Below are positions 28,604-37,175 of a stretch of DNA of 64,000 nucleotides, in pieces. Numbering within the stretch: the first letter of the stretch is position 1; each line of letters begins with the position of its first letter. Source of the DNA: Thermoplasmata archaeon. GTDB taxonomy: Archaea; Thermoplasmatota; Thermoplasmata; Lutacidiplasmatales; UBA184. The stretch covers positions 452,124 through 516,123 of the forward strand of contig JAKIWV010000001.1 of NCBI GenBank assembly GCA_022749815.1. The letters are read 5' to 3'. The notes beneath the pieces are model-generated. The model made no database searches. It was not told where the DNA came from and worked only from the letters and a program-made list of their open reading frames with translations. The position numbers were made by a program, and so were the translations under genes.

Positions 28604-29035
28604 ATGGACACCCCTGAACAAGCCCAACTGCGAAGGCACATGGCCGAACTTCGACGCGCGACGCGGGGCCTGGGCCACGATTTCGCGATCGAGTTCGAGA
28701 CCTTGGACACAAAGATCGCTCGCCTCGGCTCCTTGACGGCCAAGGAGACGAAGTACGCGTTGATGGACATCGAGGACGATTTCTCCGCCCTCGGTCGGTC
28801 GATCGGGACCGAATTCAAGCGGCTGCCGGGGCAGGTGGCCGGGGGTCTCACGTCCGCGGGTGCCGCGATCGCGTCGGGCGCGGCCCGGGCGGGCGCGGCC
28901 ACCGCCGAGGCCCTGCTTGCGGCGGGACACGCCACGAAGGAAGGGACGAAGAACGCCCTCGCTTCGATGGCCGGCATGCGTCGGACGCCGATGAAGGAAT
29001 GGTCGAAGCCCGGGTCCGACGACCCTCCGCCGTAA
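28604..29035 (+). CDS. small hypothetical protein (alpha-helical, Ala/Gly-rich C-terminus)
   Basis: 144 aa from the Met of MDTPEQAQLRRHMAELRR. The 333-aa track ORF upstream of it is Arg/Pro low-complexity read-through. Confidence 0.35.
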   Translation: MDTPEQAQLRRHMAELRRATRGLGHDFAIEFETLDTKIARLGSLTAKETKYALMDIEDDFSALGRSIGTEFKRLPGQVAGGLTSAGAAIASGAARAGAATAEALLAAGHATKEGTKNALASMAGMRRTPMKEWSKPGSDDPPP

Positions 29036-29149
29036 CGGACGCCGCCTCCCCCCGGGCACCTTTATCCCCCTCCGCGGAGCCTCCTCCTCCTTCCGGAGGA
29101 GGTATCGATTCCGGCCCGCGCCATCGCTGAATGGAATCCGCTCCGACGG

Positions 29150-30391
29150 GTGGTCGTCCGTCCCCCGCGGATGGAGGCCTTCTTCGGCTTACTGGAACCG
29201 TATGCGAGCCTCTACGAGCGCGTCTTCAGCCTCTCGCGAGCTCGGCATGAGCACGAGGAACTCGTCGACACGCTCCGGTCCGGGTTCGGCATCCACGTCG
29301 ACGACCTCGACCAGCTCCTGCTCCAGGCGGCCGGCCGACATCCGGACGTGGCGGCCGAACTCCGCGATCGCGTCGTCGACACGGTCGGCTTTACGGGGCC
29401 CGGGGCCGGCGCCGCCCGGACCCGGTTCCTCGACACCGTGAAGCGACTGGACGGAGAGCAGCTGGTCCAGATCCTTACGCTGGCCCCCTCGCTCCGTTTC
29501 GAACGCGGCCGCGGCTCCAGGTCGGTCGCCTCTTTCACGACGCTCCGAGTCCCGCTCACCAACCTGTTCTTCATGCGGGACCAGCAGGCCGTTACCGACC
29601 GCGGCATCGTCGTCGGGCGCCTCGCCAAGCCCCAACGGCGGCGCGAGACCGAGATCACGTCGTTCGTTTGGCGGGCGGCCGGCGAACCGCCGGTGGCCCA
29701 GATTGAGAAAGGGACCTTCGAGGGAGGGGATTTTCTGCCGGCGGGCAACTTCGCCCTCGTCGGGACGGGCGACCGGACCAATGCGACAGGCGTCCGGGAG
29801 CTGCTGGAACGTGGCCTCGGCTTCCCCGAGGTGGGGGTCGTCCACCAGCCCCGGCACCCCCTCCTGGACCGGCCGGACCCGATGGTGAACATGCACCTCG
29901 ACACGTACGTCAATTTCCCGGCCGAAGGGATCGCCGTCGGCCATCGGGACATGCTGTCGATCGCCCGGGTGGACGTGTACGTGCGGGATGCCCAGAGCTA
30001 CCACCTGCTCCGACAGACGACGCTCCTCCCCTACCTCGAGGCCGACCATGGGTTCCGGGTGATCCCCATCTCGACCCTGGAGCAGCTCTGCTACGCGACC
30101 AACTTTCTGACGATCCGGGACCGGACGATCGTCGTACCCGATGTGGCGCGCAACGCCGAACGGGTGCTCACGAGCCTGCGACAGGTGGCCGAACACGACC
30201 CGCGACGGTACCACCGGCTCTATCTCCGCGCAGCGAAGGAGTTCACAGACTTGCGGGCCGAGGACCGCTTCTTCCCGAAAACACCCGAGGCGCGCGCCGT
30301 GGGCCTCCAGTCCGTCGAGGTGCCTCTCGAGAACCTGACCGGTGCCTTCGGGGGCGCCCACTGCCTTACCGCAACCCTCGAACGGGCCTGA
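29150..30391 (+). CDS. arginine deiminase-like enzyme (guanidino-group modifying enzyme superfamily)
   Basis: 413 aa. N-terminal LFFMRD (ADI FTRD motif), central MHLDTYVNF (ADI HLDT motif), and C-terminal catalytic Cys in FGGAHCLT. Confidence 0.6.
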   Translation: MVVRPPRMEAFFGLLEPYASLYERVFSLSRARHEHEELVDTLRSGFGIHVDDLDQLLLQAAGRHPDVAAELRDRVVDTVGFTGPGAGAARTRFLDTVKRLDGEQLVQILTLAPSLRFERGRGSRSVASFTTLRVPLTNLFFMRDQQAVTDRGIVVGRLAKPQRRRETEITSFVWRAAGEPPVAQIEKGTFEGGDFLPAGNFALVGTGDRTNATGVRELLERGLGFPEVGVVHQPRHPLLDRPDPMVNMHLDTYVNFPAEGIAVGHRDMLSIARVDVYVRDAQSYHLLRQTTLLPYLEADHGFRVIPISTLEQLCYATNFLTIRDRTIVVPDVARNAERVLTSLRQVAEHDPRRYHRLYLRAAKEFTDLRAEDRFFPKTPEARAVGLQSVEVPLENLTGAFGGAHCLTATLERA

Positions 30392-30398
30392 GGACCGG

Positions 30399-30764
30399 TC
30401 AGCGCGCCGGTCGGACGGGCGAGGGCCCGAGGAGGTCCGGTGCCGCGGGGATCGCTGCGACCACGGTCGTGAGGCGGACCAGCACGTGGGGCGCCGGTCG
30501 CCGGCGTCCCTCGGCCAGTTGTTCCATCAGCGTCAGCAGCTCGTGCCGATGTCGGGCGCTGAGGACCGACAAGGGGGAGAGGTGCTCTTCCCGGATCGCC
30601 CGCCGCACTGCGTCCCCGAGGGCGCGAGGCGCAGGGCGTCCCAACGCCGGCAGCAGGTGGGCGCGGAGGTAGGCCAGGACCTCCGGGTCCTCCCGTGGCG
30701 GGCGGGAGTCGGACGCAGTCGCTCCCTCGAAGGGTCCGGCAGGTCCCGAGGGGGGAGTCTCCAT
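30399..30764 (-). CDS. small hypothetical protein immediately downstream of the DNA methyltransferase
   Basis: 122 aa from METPPSGP... The C-terminal half (EVLAYLRAHLLPALG...HELLTLMEQLAEGRR) looks helical. The upstream part of the 243-aa track ORF overlaps the MTase and was discarded. Confidence 0.3.
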   Translation of the reverse strand: METPPSGPAGPFEGATASDSRPPREDPEVLAYLRAHLLPALGRPAPRALGDAVRRAIREEHLSPLSVLSARHRHELLTLMEQLAEGRRRPAPHVLVRLTTVVAAIPAAPDLLGPSPVRPAR

Positions 30765-30769
30765 CGGTC

Positions 30770-31645
30770 TCAACGTCGGGGGCCAGGGACTTGAGACTTG
30801 CGACTGACCCGCGGGCCCGTTGGGGGTCGGGGGGACGGGAGAGCCTCGTGGAGGCGCCGGGAAGCCGTCGCAAGGTAGTGCACGTCGACGTCGAATCCGA
30901 CGAACGGGAGTCCGAGCCGGGCGGCCGCCACGGCGGAGGCGCCGAGTCCCACGAACGGGTCCACGGCGAGTCGTATCCGGTCCGTTCCATGGAGCCGGTA
31001 ACATCGTTCGGGCAGCTCCGGAGGGAACGTGGCCGGATGGGGTCGGTCGGTCACCCGCCGCCGGATCGTGGCGTACGGCAGGAACCACGTGTTCCCCCGG
31101 CAGCGCCGATCCGCGCCGCCGCTGCGCCACCGGGCCACGTTGCTCTTGTCCTGGTACGGGACGCCGACCGCCAGCCGGTCCAACGACACGTCGCCGCGGT
31201 GAGTGAAATGAAAGACGTACTCCTGCGCCCCATGGAGGAATCGACGGGAGGGCACGGGCTTGTAGTGGCCCACGGCGATGTCGCCGGTGAGGTGGGGCGT
31301 AGCCCCCGCGAGCGCCCGCTCGATGGCGATCGATTTCACCCAGTGGATCACGTTCTGGAGGACGAACCGGCGCCGGAGCTCCTGGGCGACGTCCAGCGGG
31401 AGCCAGGGGTCGGTCGGGGAGCCGCCAACGTTCAGGAAGAACGACCCGTGAGGGGCGAGCGCCGCGTGCACCGCGTCGGCCACCCGTCCGATCCAGGCGA
31501 GGTACTCCTCCCGGGGGCGCCGGTCGTCGTATCGCCCGTAGGCGACCCCTCGGTTGTACGGCGGCGAGGTCACCACCACGTCGGCGCCGCCGGCCCCGAC
31601 CCGGCGCGGCAGGCCCTCGAGGCAGTCCTCGGCCCAGAGGACCAC
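30770..31645 (-). CDS. DNA methyltransferase, beta-class (motif IV before motif I), probably N4-cytosine or N6-adenine specific; no cognate restriction endonuclease seen
   Basis: Motif IV VVTSPPY near the N-terminus and AdoMet motif I RIRLAVDPFVGLGASAVAAARLG near the C-terminus. Has the ParB-less N6_N4_Mtase architecture. Confidence 0.75.
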   Translation of the reverse strand: MVLWAEDCLEGLPRRVGAGGADVVVTSPPYNRGVAYGRYDDRRPREEYLAWIGRVADAVHAALAPHGSFFLNVGGSPTDPWLPLDVAQELRRRFVLQNVIHWVKSIAIERALAGATPHLTGDIAVGHYKPVPSRRFLHGAQEYVFHFTHRGDVSLDRLAVGVPYQDKSNVARWRSGGADRRCRGNTWFLPYATIRRRVTDRPHPATFPPELPERCYRLHGTDRIRLAVDPFVGLGASAVAAARLGLPFVGFDVDVHYLATASRRLHEALPSPRPPTGPRVSRKSQVPGPRR

Positions 31646-31742
31646 CGAACCCCCCCGCGGGACCGCTACACGAGCGAACGGTGCCGAGCGATCCGCCGAC
31701 GTGGGGAAACCTCCGCGAAGGAGGCCGAGGCGACCGGGGGCT

Positions 31743-33515
31743 TTACGCCGCCGGGGCCTTCTGCGCGCCCTTCCCGCGGTCCATCTCCGCGCGCGTCTCG
31801 GTGACGGCGTTCGCGGGGTCCTTGTAGTACGACGCGACGACCCGGCCCACGTCCCGGTGCGTGAACGGCTGCTGGCGGGTGGCGAGCGAGTCCCGCCACT
31901 TAAGGAAATCGAGCATCTCGACCCGGCGCCGGACCTCGCGCTCCATCTCCTTCATCGTCCAGTTCTTGGAGACGGCCACGCGCTCGTAGATGTACGAATG
32001 GCCGCTGTACAGGAACGTGTCGTCGGACGGGTTCCATGAGTAGACCGAGTTGGTGATGAGCTCGTTCGTCTCGGGGTCGAGCCCCACGATCTCGGTGAGG
32101 GACTGGACGCGGCGGGTCATCTTGTTCCCGACCTTCACCTGCCGCTGGAGCAGGACGAGGTTGAGCGCGCTCACGAGCGACCGGGGGAGCGAGATCGGAG
32201 GGTTCTCCATCCGGTGGACCATCGCCGCCACCGATTCGGCGTGGAACGTGGTGTAGCAGGTCTTCCCCGTCGCCATTGCCTGGAAGACGATGAACGCCTC
32301 GGCCCCCCGGACCTCTCCGACCATCAGGTACTGGGGCCGCTGGCGGAGCGCGGCGGCGAGCAGGTCGAACATGTCGATCTCGCCGGGCGCCTTGCCGGTG
32401 AGCATGTTCTTCGCGCCGAACCCGCTGCGCGTGAGCGCCGGGATCCAGTTCTCGTGGGGCAGGTTGAGCTCCCGCGTGTCCTCGATCGAGACGATCTTCA
32501 TCTGCGGGGGGATGAACAGCAGCGTCGCGTTGAGCGTTGTCGTCTTGCCCGAGGCCGTGCCTCCGCAGACCATCATCGATTGGCCGTTCTCGATGGCGAT
32601 CCAGAGGTAGGCCATCATCTCCGGGCTCATCGTCCGGAACTTGATCAGGTCGACCGGCGTGAACGGGTTGTCCCGGAACCGCCGGATCGTGAACGTGCTC
32701 CCCCGCTTCGTGACGTGCATGCCGAGGGTCGCCTGGAGCCGGGAGCCGTCCGGCACGGTGGCGTCCAGGACCGGGCTCGCGACCGAGATTGCCTTCCCGG
32801 AACGCTGCGCCAGCCAGACGACGTAGCTGTCGAGCTCGAGCGCCGAGGTGAACTTGATGTTGGCTCGGATCGACCCGTAGACCCGGTGGTAAATGTAGAT
32901 CGGAACGCCCACGCCGTCGCAGGAAATGTCCTCGACCTGGCTGTCGGTCATCGGAACATCGACGACGCCGTAGCCGAGGAAGTCCCGCTCCAGATAGTAG
33001 ACCAGCCGGCCCTTCGTCGCGGGGCTCGGCGAGACCTCCCAGGTCTGGAGCTGTTCGTCCACCATGCGGCGCAATTCGCGCCGTCGGCCGTCGTTCTCGA
33101 TGTCGGGCAACGGCTGGAACTGGTCGATGAGGCTCACGCGTAGCCGGTCGAGCAGGTCCCGCTCGAGCGCCGAGAGCGGCGGCTCGATGATCTCGTAGAG
33201 GTGCTCGTTGTACAGGTTGTTGAAGGTGATCCGGACGTAGCAGAAGCCCTCCCGGATCGGCGCGATCTCGAGCTCCGTCATGTTCGTGTCGTCGAGCGGG
33301 GGGATGGGAGTGACGTCGCCGATCGCGCCCTGGCCCGAGATGCCGAGCCGCGCGAGCTTGACCGACCGCGGCTCTTCCCGACCTCGGCGCATCCGAGCGC
33401 CGATCCGCAGCCAGGGGGCGAACGAGGACTTCGCCTTGCCTTTAGGCTTCGGTCGTCGTTGTCCCGACGGGGCCGTGTCGGTCCAGTCCTGGGATTCCGC
33501 TCTTGCGTCTGCCAT
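31743..33515 (-). CDS. FlaI/TadA/GspE-family secretion ATPase (type IV pilus assembly ATPase), copy B
   Basis: Walker A MVCGGTASGKTTTLNA, Asp box IVSIEDTRELNLPHENWI, Walker B/His box LMVGEVRGAEAF...TGKTCYTTFHAES. Lys/Arg-rich N-terminal extension of about 60 aa. Confidence 0.85.
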   Translation of the reverse strand: MADARAESQDWTDTAPSGQRRPKPKGKAKSSFAPWLRIGARMRRGREEPRSVKLARLGISGQGAIGDVTPIPPLDDTNMTELEIAPIREGFCYVRITFNNLYNEHLYEIIEPPLSALERDLLDRLRVSLIDQFQPLPDIENDGRRRELRRMVDEQLQTWEVSPSPATKGRLVYYLERDFLGYGVVDVPMTDSQVEDISCDGVGVPIYIYHRVYGSIRANIKFTSALELDSYVVWLAQRSGKAISVASPVLDATVPDGSRLQATLGMHVTKRGSTFTIRRFRDNPFTPVDLIKFRTMSPEMMAYLWIAIENGQSMMVCGGTASGKTTTLNATLLFIPPQMKIVSIEDTRELNLPHENWIPALTRSGFGAKNMLTGKAPGEIDMFDLLAAALRQRPQYLMVGEVRGAEAFIVFQAMATGKTCYTTFHAESVAAMVHRMENPPISLPRSLVSALNLVLLQRQVKVGNKMTRRVQSLTEIVGLDPETNELITNSVYSWNPSDDTFLYSGHSYIYERVAVSKNWTMKEMEREVRRRVEMLDFLKWRDSLATRQQPFTHRDVGRVVASYYKDPANAVTETRAEMDRGKGAQKAPAA

Positions 33516-33525
33516 CGGGGAGGTC

Positions 33526-34512
33526 CTACACGTTGAGGGGCGGCACCGCGTACCGCATGAACAGCCAGCCGGAAGCGAGCATGACGGTGGCGTGCTGGAA
33601 ACCCTCCGACATGCGGCCGTTGATGATGACGCCCGCCATGATCCCGTCGCCGACCGCGTGGACGATGACGGCGACCATGAACGCCAGGAAGAGCTCCGGG
33701 ATGGCGCTGAAGTTGAGCGAGATCGCCGAGGCGCCGCCGACGCTCGTACCGGAGCTCGCGATCCCTTGGCCGGCCGTGATCATCTGCGGGAGGAAAACCC
33801 CCGCCATGATGTAGATCGTGACGAGGAACACGTAGAACGAGATGTAGATGACCGTCAGGTACGTCAGCATGGTGATCTGACGCTCCTGGGTTGTGATCTG
33901 GGCGTCGCGGGTGTCCCGGGCGACCATCGACAGCACGTCAGCGACATTGCCGCCGGCCTCGTTCGCTTTGATGATGATCGAGACGGTCCGGTTGACGAGC
34001 GGCGTGTTGACCCGCTCCTTGAACAGGGACAGCGCCGTCGTGACGGGGACGCCCCACTCCAGCTGACTCGCCATCTTCTTGATCTCGCCGGTCAGCAGGT
34101 CATACCGTCCCTTGCTCGCCACGATGATGGCGTCCGGGAGCGTCATGCCGAACCGGCCCGCTTCGGCCACGTCGCGGAGGAAGTCGGGGAGTCGGCTCTC
34201 GATCCGTTGGATCTTGCGGTAGTGGGCGCTCGACAGGAAGCCGTACGGCCCGATGATCGCTAGCCCGCCGAGGACGAAGAAATCGATCGCCGGATTGAGG
34301 CCGGGGTTTTCCCCCGGTTGGATGAGGACCGTGAGGAGGCCGAGCGCGTTGAGCGCGCCCACGACGAACAGGACGACCCCCACGACCAGCCCGGCGTAGA
34401 GCGCGAGCGTTTCGGTGGGGAGCGTCGGTCGGGCCTTTTCGATCTTCAGGTCGACGGCCGCGCCGAAGGAACGCGGGCCGGTGACGGTGCTGGAGGCGGT
34501 AGCGGTTGCCAT
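33526..34512 (-). CDS. FlaJ/TadC-like membrane protein with a single T2SSF domain (C-terminal-half equivalent)
   Basis: 328 aa, with a cytoplasmic T2SSF-type domain between TM1 and TM2-3 (RLPDFLRDVAEAGRFGMTL..A....). Confidence 0.7.
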   Translation of the reverse strand: MATATASSTVTGPRSFGAAVDLKIEKARPTLPTETLALYAGLVVGVVLFVVGALNALGLLTVLIQPGENPGLNPAIDFFVLGGLAIIGPYGFLSSAHYRKIQRIESRLPDFLRDVAEAGRFGMTLPDAIIVASKGRYDLLTGEIKKMASQLEWGVPVTTALSLFKERVNTPLVNRTVSIIIKANEAGGNVADVLSMVARDTRDAQITTQERQITMLTYLTVIYISFYVFLVTIYIMAGVFLPQMITAGQGIASSGTSVGGASAISLNFSAIPELFLAFMVAVIVHAVGDGIMAGVIINGRMSEGFQHATVMLASGWLFMRYAVPPLNV

Positions 34513-34513
34513 C

Positions 34514-35524
34514 TTAGGACTCCGCAGCGAGACCTTGCATGTACAGTACGAAGACGAACTGGAACGCCGGGATCATGGCCCCGATGATCCCCCAGAGGAT
34601 CTCGAGCAGGTTCCCTCCGCCATTCCCGATGACCGCAAAGATCGCGATGATGATCACGAGGAAGAGGGGGAAGGCCACGACGACGGTGACGAACGTCTCG
34701 GCGAGGAGTCCCATCGTTTCGGTCCGGCGCATCACGTCGAGCTTGTTCTCGCGCTGGTACTGCTCGGCCTTGATTAGGAAATAGGGCTTCAACTGACCCC
34801 CCGACGTGGCGGTGGTCACGACGCCCTGAAGGAAATCTTGGAACCGCTTCGACGGCGTCCGGTTCGCGCCGACCCGGATGGCGGTCAGGATATCGACCCC
34901 GAGCAATTCGGTGTCGCGGGTGATCCAGGCGGCTTCGTCGGCGACGGCGCCGTAGATCTTCTCCTGGGCCAGGTCCCGGAAGATCTGGTCGATGTTCACG
35001 TCCGCCGACGCCATGGCGCTCACGAAGCTCATCGCGGCGCCGATCTTGCGGTCGATCTCCGCGCCGCGGCGTTTCGCGTTCCCGGAGGGCGTCGACTTGA
35101 GGAGCAGGTTGGTGATCCCCGTTCCCCCGACCGGGAGCAGGACAGCGATCCCGCCGGCCAGGATGAGGTTCGTGAGCCCGGTGCCAGAGAGGTAGATCAG
35201 TACACCCAGCACGAGGCCTGCGATCGAGAGCGCTGCGGCGGTGACGAAGGTAGCGGCCATGACCCAGGCCAAGTATTCCTCGGCCCGCAGGCGCATGTGC
35301 GCCTTCTGGAGGTTGTCCTCGAGGATCGATTCGGACGGGCCCATCTTCACACGGTCCTTGAACCGCGTCCACGCCCACCGTTGGAACGGCGTGAGCGGGG
35401 CCCGGGAGGGCTGTTCGCCCCGCTTCACGCGCACGGTGCGCGTCTCGGAGGGGTCGGTCTTGGTCGCCGCCTTGCCACGGGCGGCCCGAACGAGGGTCGG
35501 GGAGGCCGCTTCGGAGGCGGGCAT
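34514..35524 (-). CDS. FlaJ/TadC-like (TadB-like) membrane protein with a single T2SSF domain (N-terminal-half equivalent)
   Basis: 336 aa with the same topology. Its start shares a base with the stop of the upstream ATPase gene. Confidence 0.7.
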   Translation of the reverse strand: MPASEAASPTLVRAARGKAATKTDPSETRTVRVKRGEQPSRAPLTPFQRWAWTRFKDRVKMGPSESILEDNLQKAHMRLRAEEYLAWVMAATFVTAAALSIAGLVLGVLIYLSGTGLTNLILAGGIAVLLPVGGTGITNLLLKSTPSGNAKRRGAEIDRKIGAAMSFVSAMASADVNIDQIFRDLAQEKIYGAVADEAAWITRDTELLGVDILTAIRVGANRTPSKRFQDFLQGVVTTATSGGQLKPYFLIKAEQYQRENKLDVMRRTETMGLLAETFVTVVVAFPLFLVIIIAIFAVIGNGGGNLLEILWGIIGAMIPAFQFVFVLYMQGLAAES

Positions 35525-37173
35525 CAGGTGGCCTCTCCCGAGGGCTGGACTCGCTCCATCACAGACGTCGGGTCCTTGTAGTAGTCGGTGACCATCTTCC
35601 AGAGGGCCCGGTAGTCGTCCATCTTCTGGTGGACGAGGAAGCGCACGACCAGGACGCGGCGCTGGAACTCCGCCTCCATTTCCTCGTGCGTGTAGTTCTT
35701 GAGCTCCATGATCTTATCGAAGAGGAACGAGTGGCCCTTGAACACGAACTTGTCGGTCGCCGGGTCCCATTCGTAAACCGTATTGGTGATGAGCTCGTTC
35801 GTCTCGGGCTCGAACCCCACGATCTCGAGGACCTGCTTGAGCCGCCGCACGACCCCTTTCTCGGTGCGGGCCTGGATCTGAATCACGACGTTATTGAGCG
35901 CAGACAGGAGGATTCGGGGCGTGTTGATCGGCGGATTCTCGAGCCGGTTGACCATCGATTTCACACTGTCGGCGTGCATCGTCGAGTAGGTCGTGTGGCC
36001 CGTCGCCATGGCCTGGAACATCGTGTAGGTCTCCTTGCCCCGGACCTCCCCCACGATGATGTAATTGGGTCGTTGCCGGAGGGCGGCGCGCACCAGGTCG
36101 AACATGTCGACTTCGCCGGCCGCCTTGCCGTCGGCCCCGCGGTCCCCGGTGCCGCTCCGGGTGGCGCCCGGGATCCAGTTCTCGTGCGGCAGATTGACCT
36201 CGCGCGTGTCCTCGATAGAGACGATCTTGGCCGTCGGCGGGATGAACAGCGCGATGGCGTTGAGTGTGCTGGTCTTTCCGGCGGCCGGACCCCCGCAGAT
36301 CATCATCGATTCGCCCTGCTCGGCGGCCAGCCAGAAGTAGGCGACCATCTCTTCGTTGGCGCTCCCAGCGTTGACGAGGTCCACGGGGGTCCAGGGGCGC
36401 TCCTTGAACCGCCGGATGGTGAAGCTTCCCCCCCGGGTGGTCACCTCTCGGGCATAGGTGGCCTGCACCCGGTGGCCTTCGGGCGTCGTGCCGTCCAAGA
36501 TCGGGCTCGAGACCGAGACCGACTTGGCGCAGCGCTGGCCCAGCTGGACGATGAAGGAGTTGAGCTGGTCCTCCTCCTCGAAAATGATGTTGGTCTTGAC
36601 CGATTCGTACTGTCCATGGAAGACGAAGAGCGGGACCGCGACCCCGTCGCACGAGATGTCCTCGATATGGGGGTCGAGGATCAGCGTGTCGATCGGGCCG
36701 TAGCCCACGAAGTCGCGCTGGATGTAGTAGACGAGCCGCTCCATCGAGAGCGGGCTGAGCTGGATGCCGCGGGTCTTGAGGAACTCCTCGACGACCCCCC
36801 GGAGGTAGGTCTTCTTGTCACCGGTGGTCATCTTGGCGACCTCGGCCCCGATGATCTTCCCCAGGGTGTCCTTGAGATGGGCCAGCAGCTCCCGCTCGTG
36901 GGTCGAGAGTTGGGGCTCGATCGCCTCGAAGATGTACTCTTTCGTACGGTCGTTGTAGCTGATCCGGGAGTAGGAGTATGGGGGATTCACCGGACGAACC
37001 TCGATGACCTTCGCTCCCTCCTCGGGTAGCGCGGGCATCGCAGTGATGAACGTCCCGGGTAGATCCATCTCCGGCGACCCCTCGTCGGGGCCCCCCGGAG
37101 TCGTCGAGGCGGGGGCCCTGCCGCCGCTCGCGCTGCGGGGGATCTTGACCCGGAAGGAGGCGATGCTCGCCAT
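35524..37173 (-). CDS. FlaI/TadA/GspE-family secretion ATPase (type IV pilus assembly ATPase), copy A
   Basis: Walker A MICGGPAAGKTSTLNA, IVSIEDTREVNLPHENWI, IIVGEVRGKETYTMFQAMATGHTTYSTMHADS. Roughly half its residues are identical to copy B. Confidence 0.85.
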   Translation of the reverse strand: MASIASFRVKIPRSASGGRAPASTTPGGPDEGSPEMDLPGTFITAMPALPEEGAKVIEVRPVNPPYSYSRISYNDRTKEYIFEAIEPQLSTHERELLAHLKDTLGKIIGAEVAKMTTGDKKTYLRGVVEEFLKTRGIQLSPLSMERLVYYIQRDFVGYGPIDTLILDPHIEDISCDGVAVPLFVFHGQYESVKTNIIFEEEDQLNSFIVQLGQRCAKSVSVSSPILDGTTPEGHRVQATYAREVTTRGGSFTIRRFKERPWTPVDLVNAGSANEEMVAYFWLAAEQGESMMICGGPAAGKTSTLNAIALFIPPTAKIVSIEDTREVNLPHENWIPGATRSGTGDRGADGKAAGEVDMFDLVRAALRQRPNYIIVGEVRGKETYTMFQAMATGHTTYSTMHADSVKSMVNRLENPPINTPRILLSALNNVVIQIQARTEKGVVRRLKQVLEIVGFEPETNELITNTVYEWDPATDKFVFKGHSFLFDKIMELKNYTHEEMEAEFQRRVLVVRFLVHQKMDDYRALWKMVTDYYKDPTSVMERVQPSGEAT

Positions 37174-37175
37174 GG

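Noticed and set aside
30399-31130. Full 243-aa minus ORF
   Set aside because: Its upstream two-thirds overlaps the C-terminal, motif-I-containing part of the DNA methyltransferase in another frame. Only the distal 122 codons (30399-30764) were kept, at low confidence.
35629-37029. 466-aa plus-strand ORF
   Set aside because: Antisense to FlaI-like ATPase copy A. Asp/Glu/Arg/Gly-rich with no motifs.
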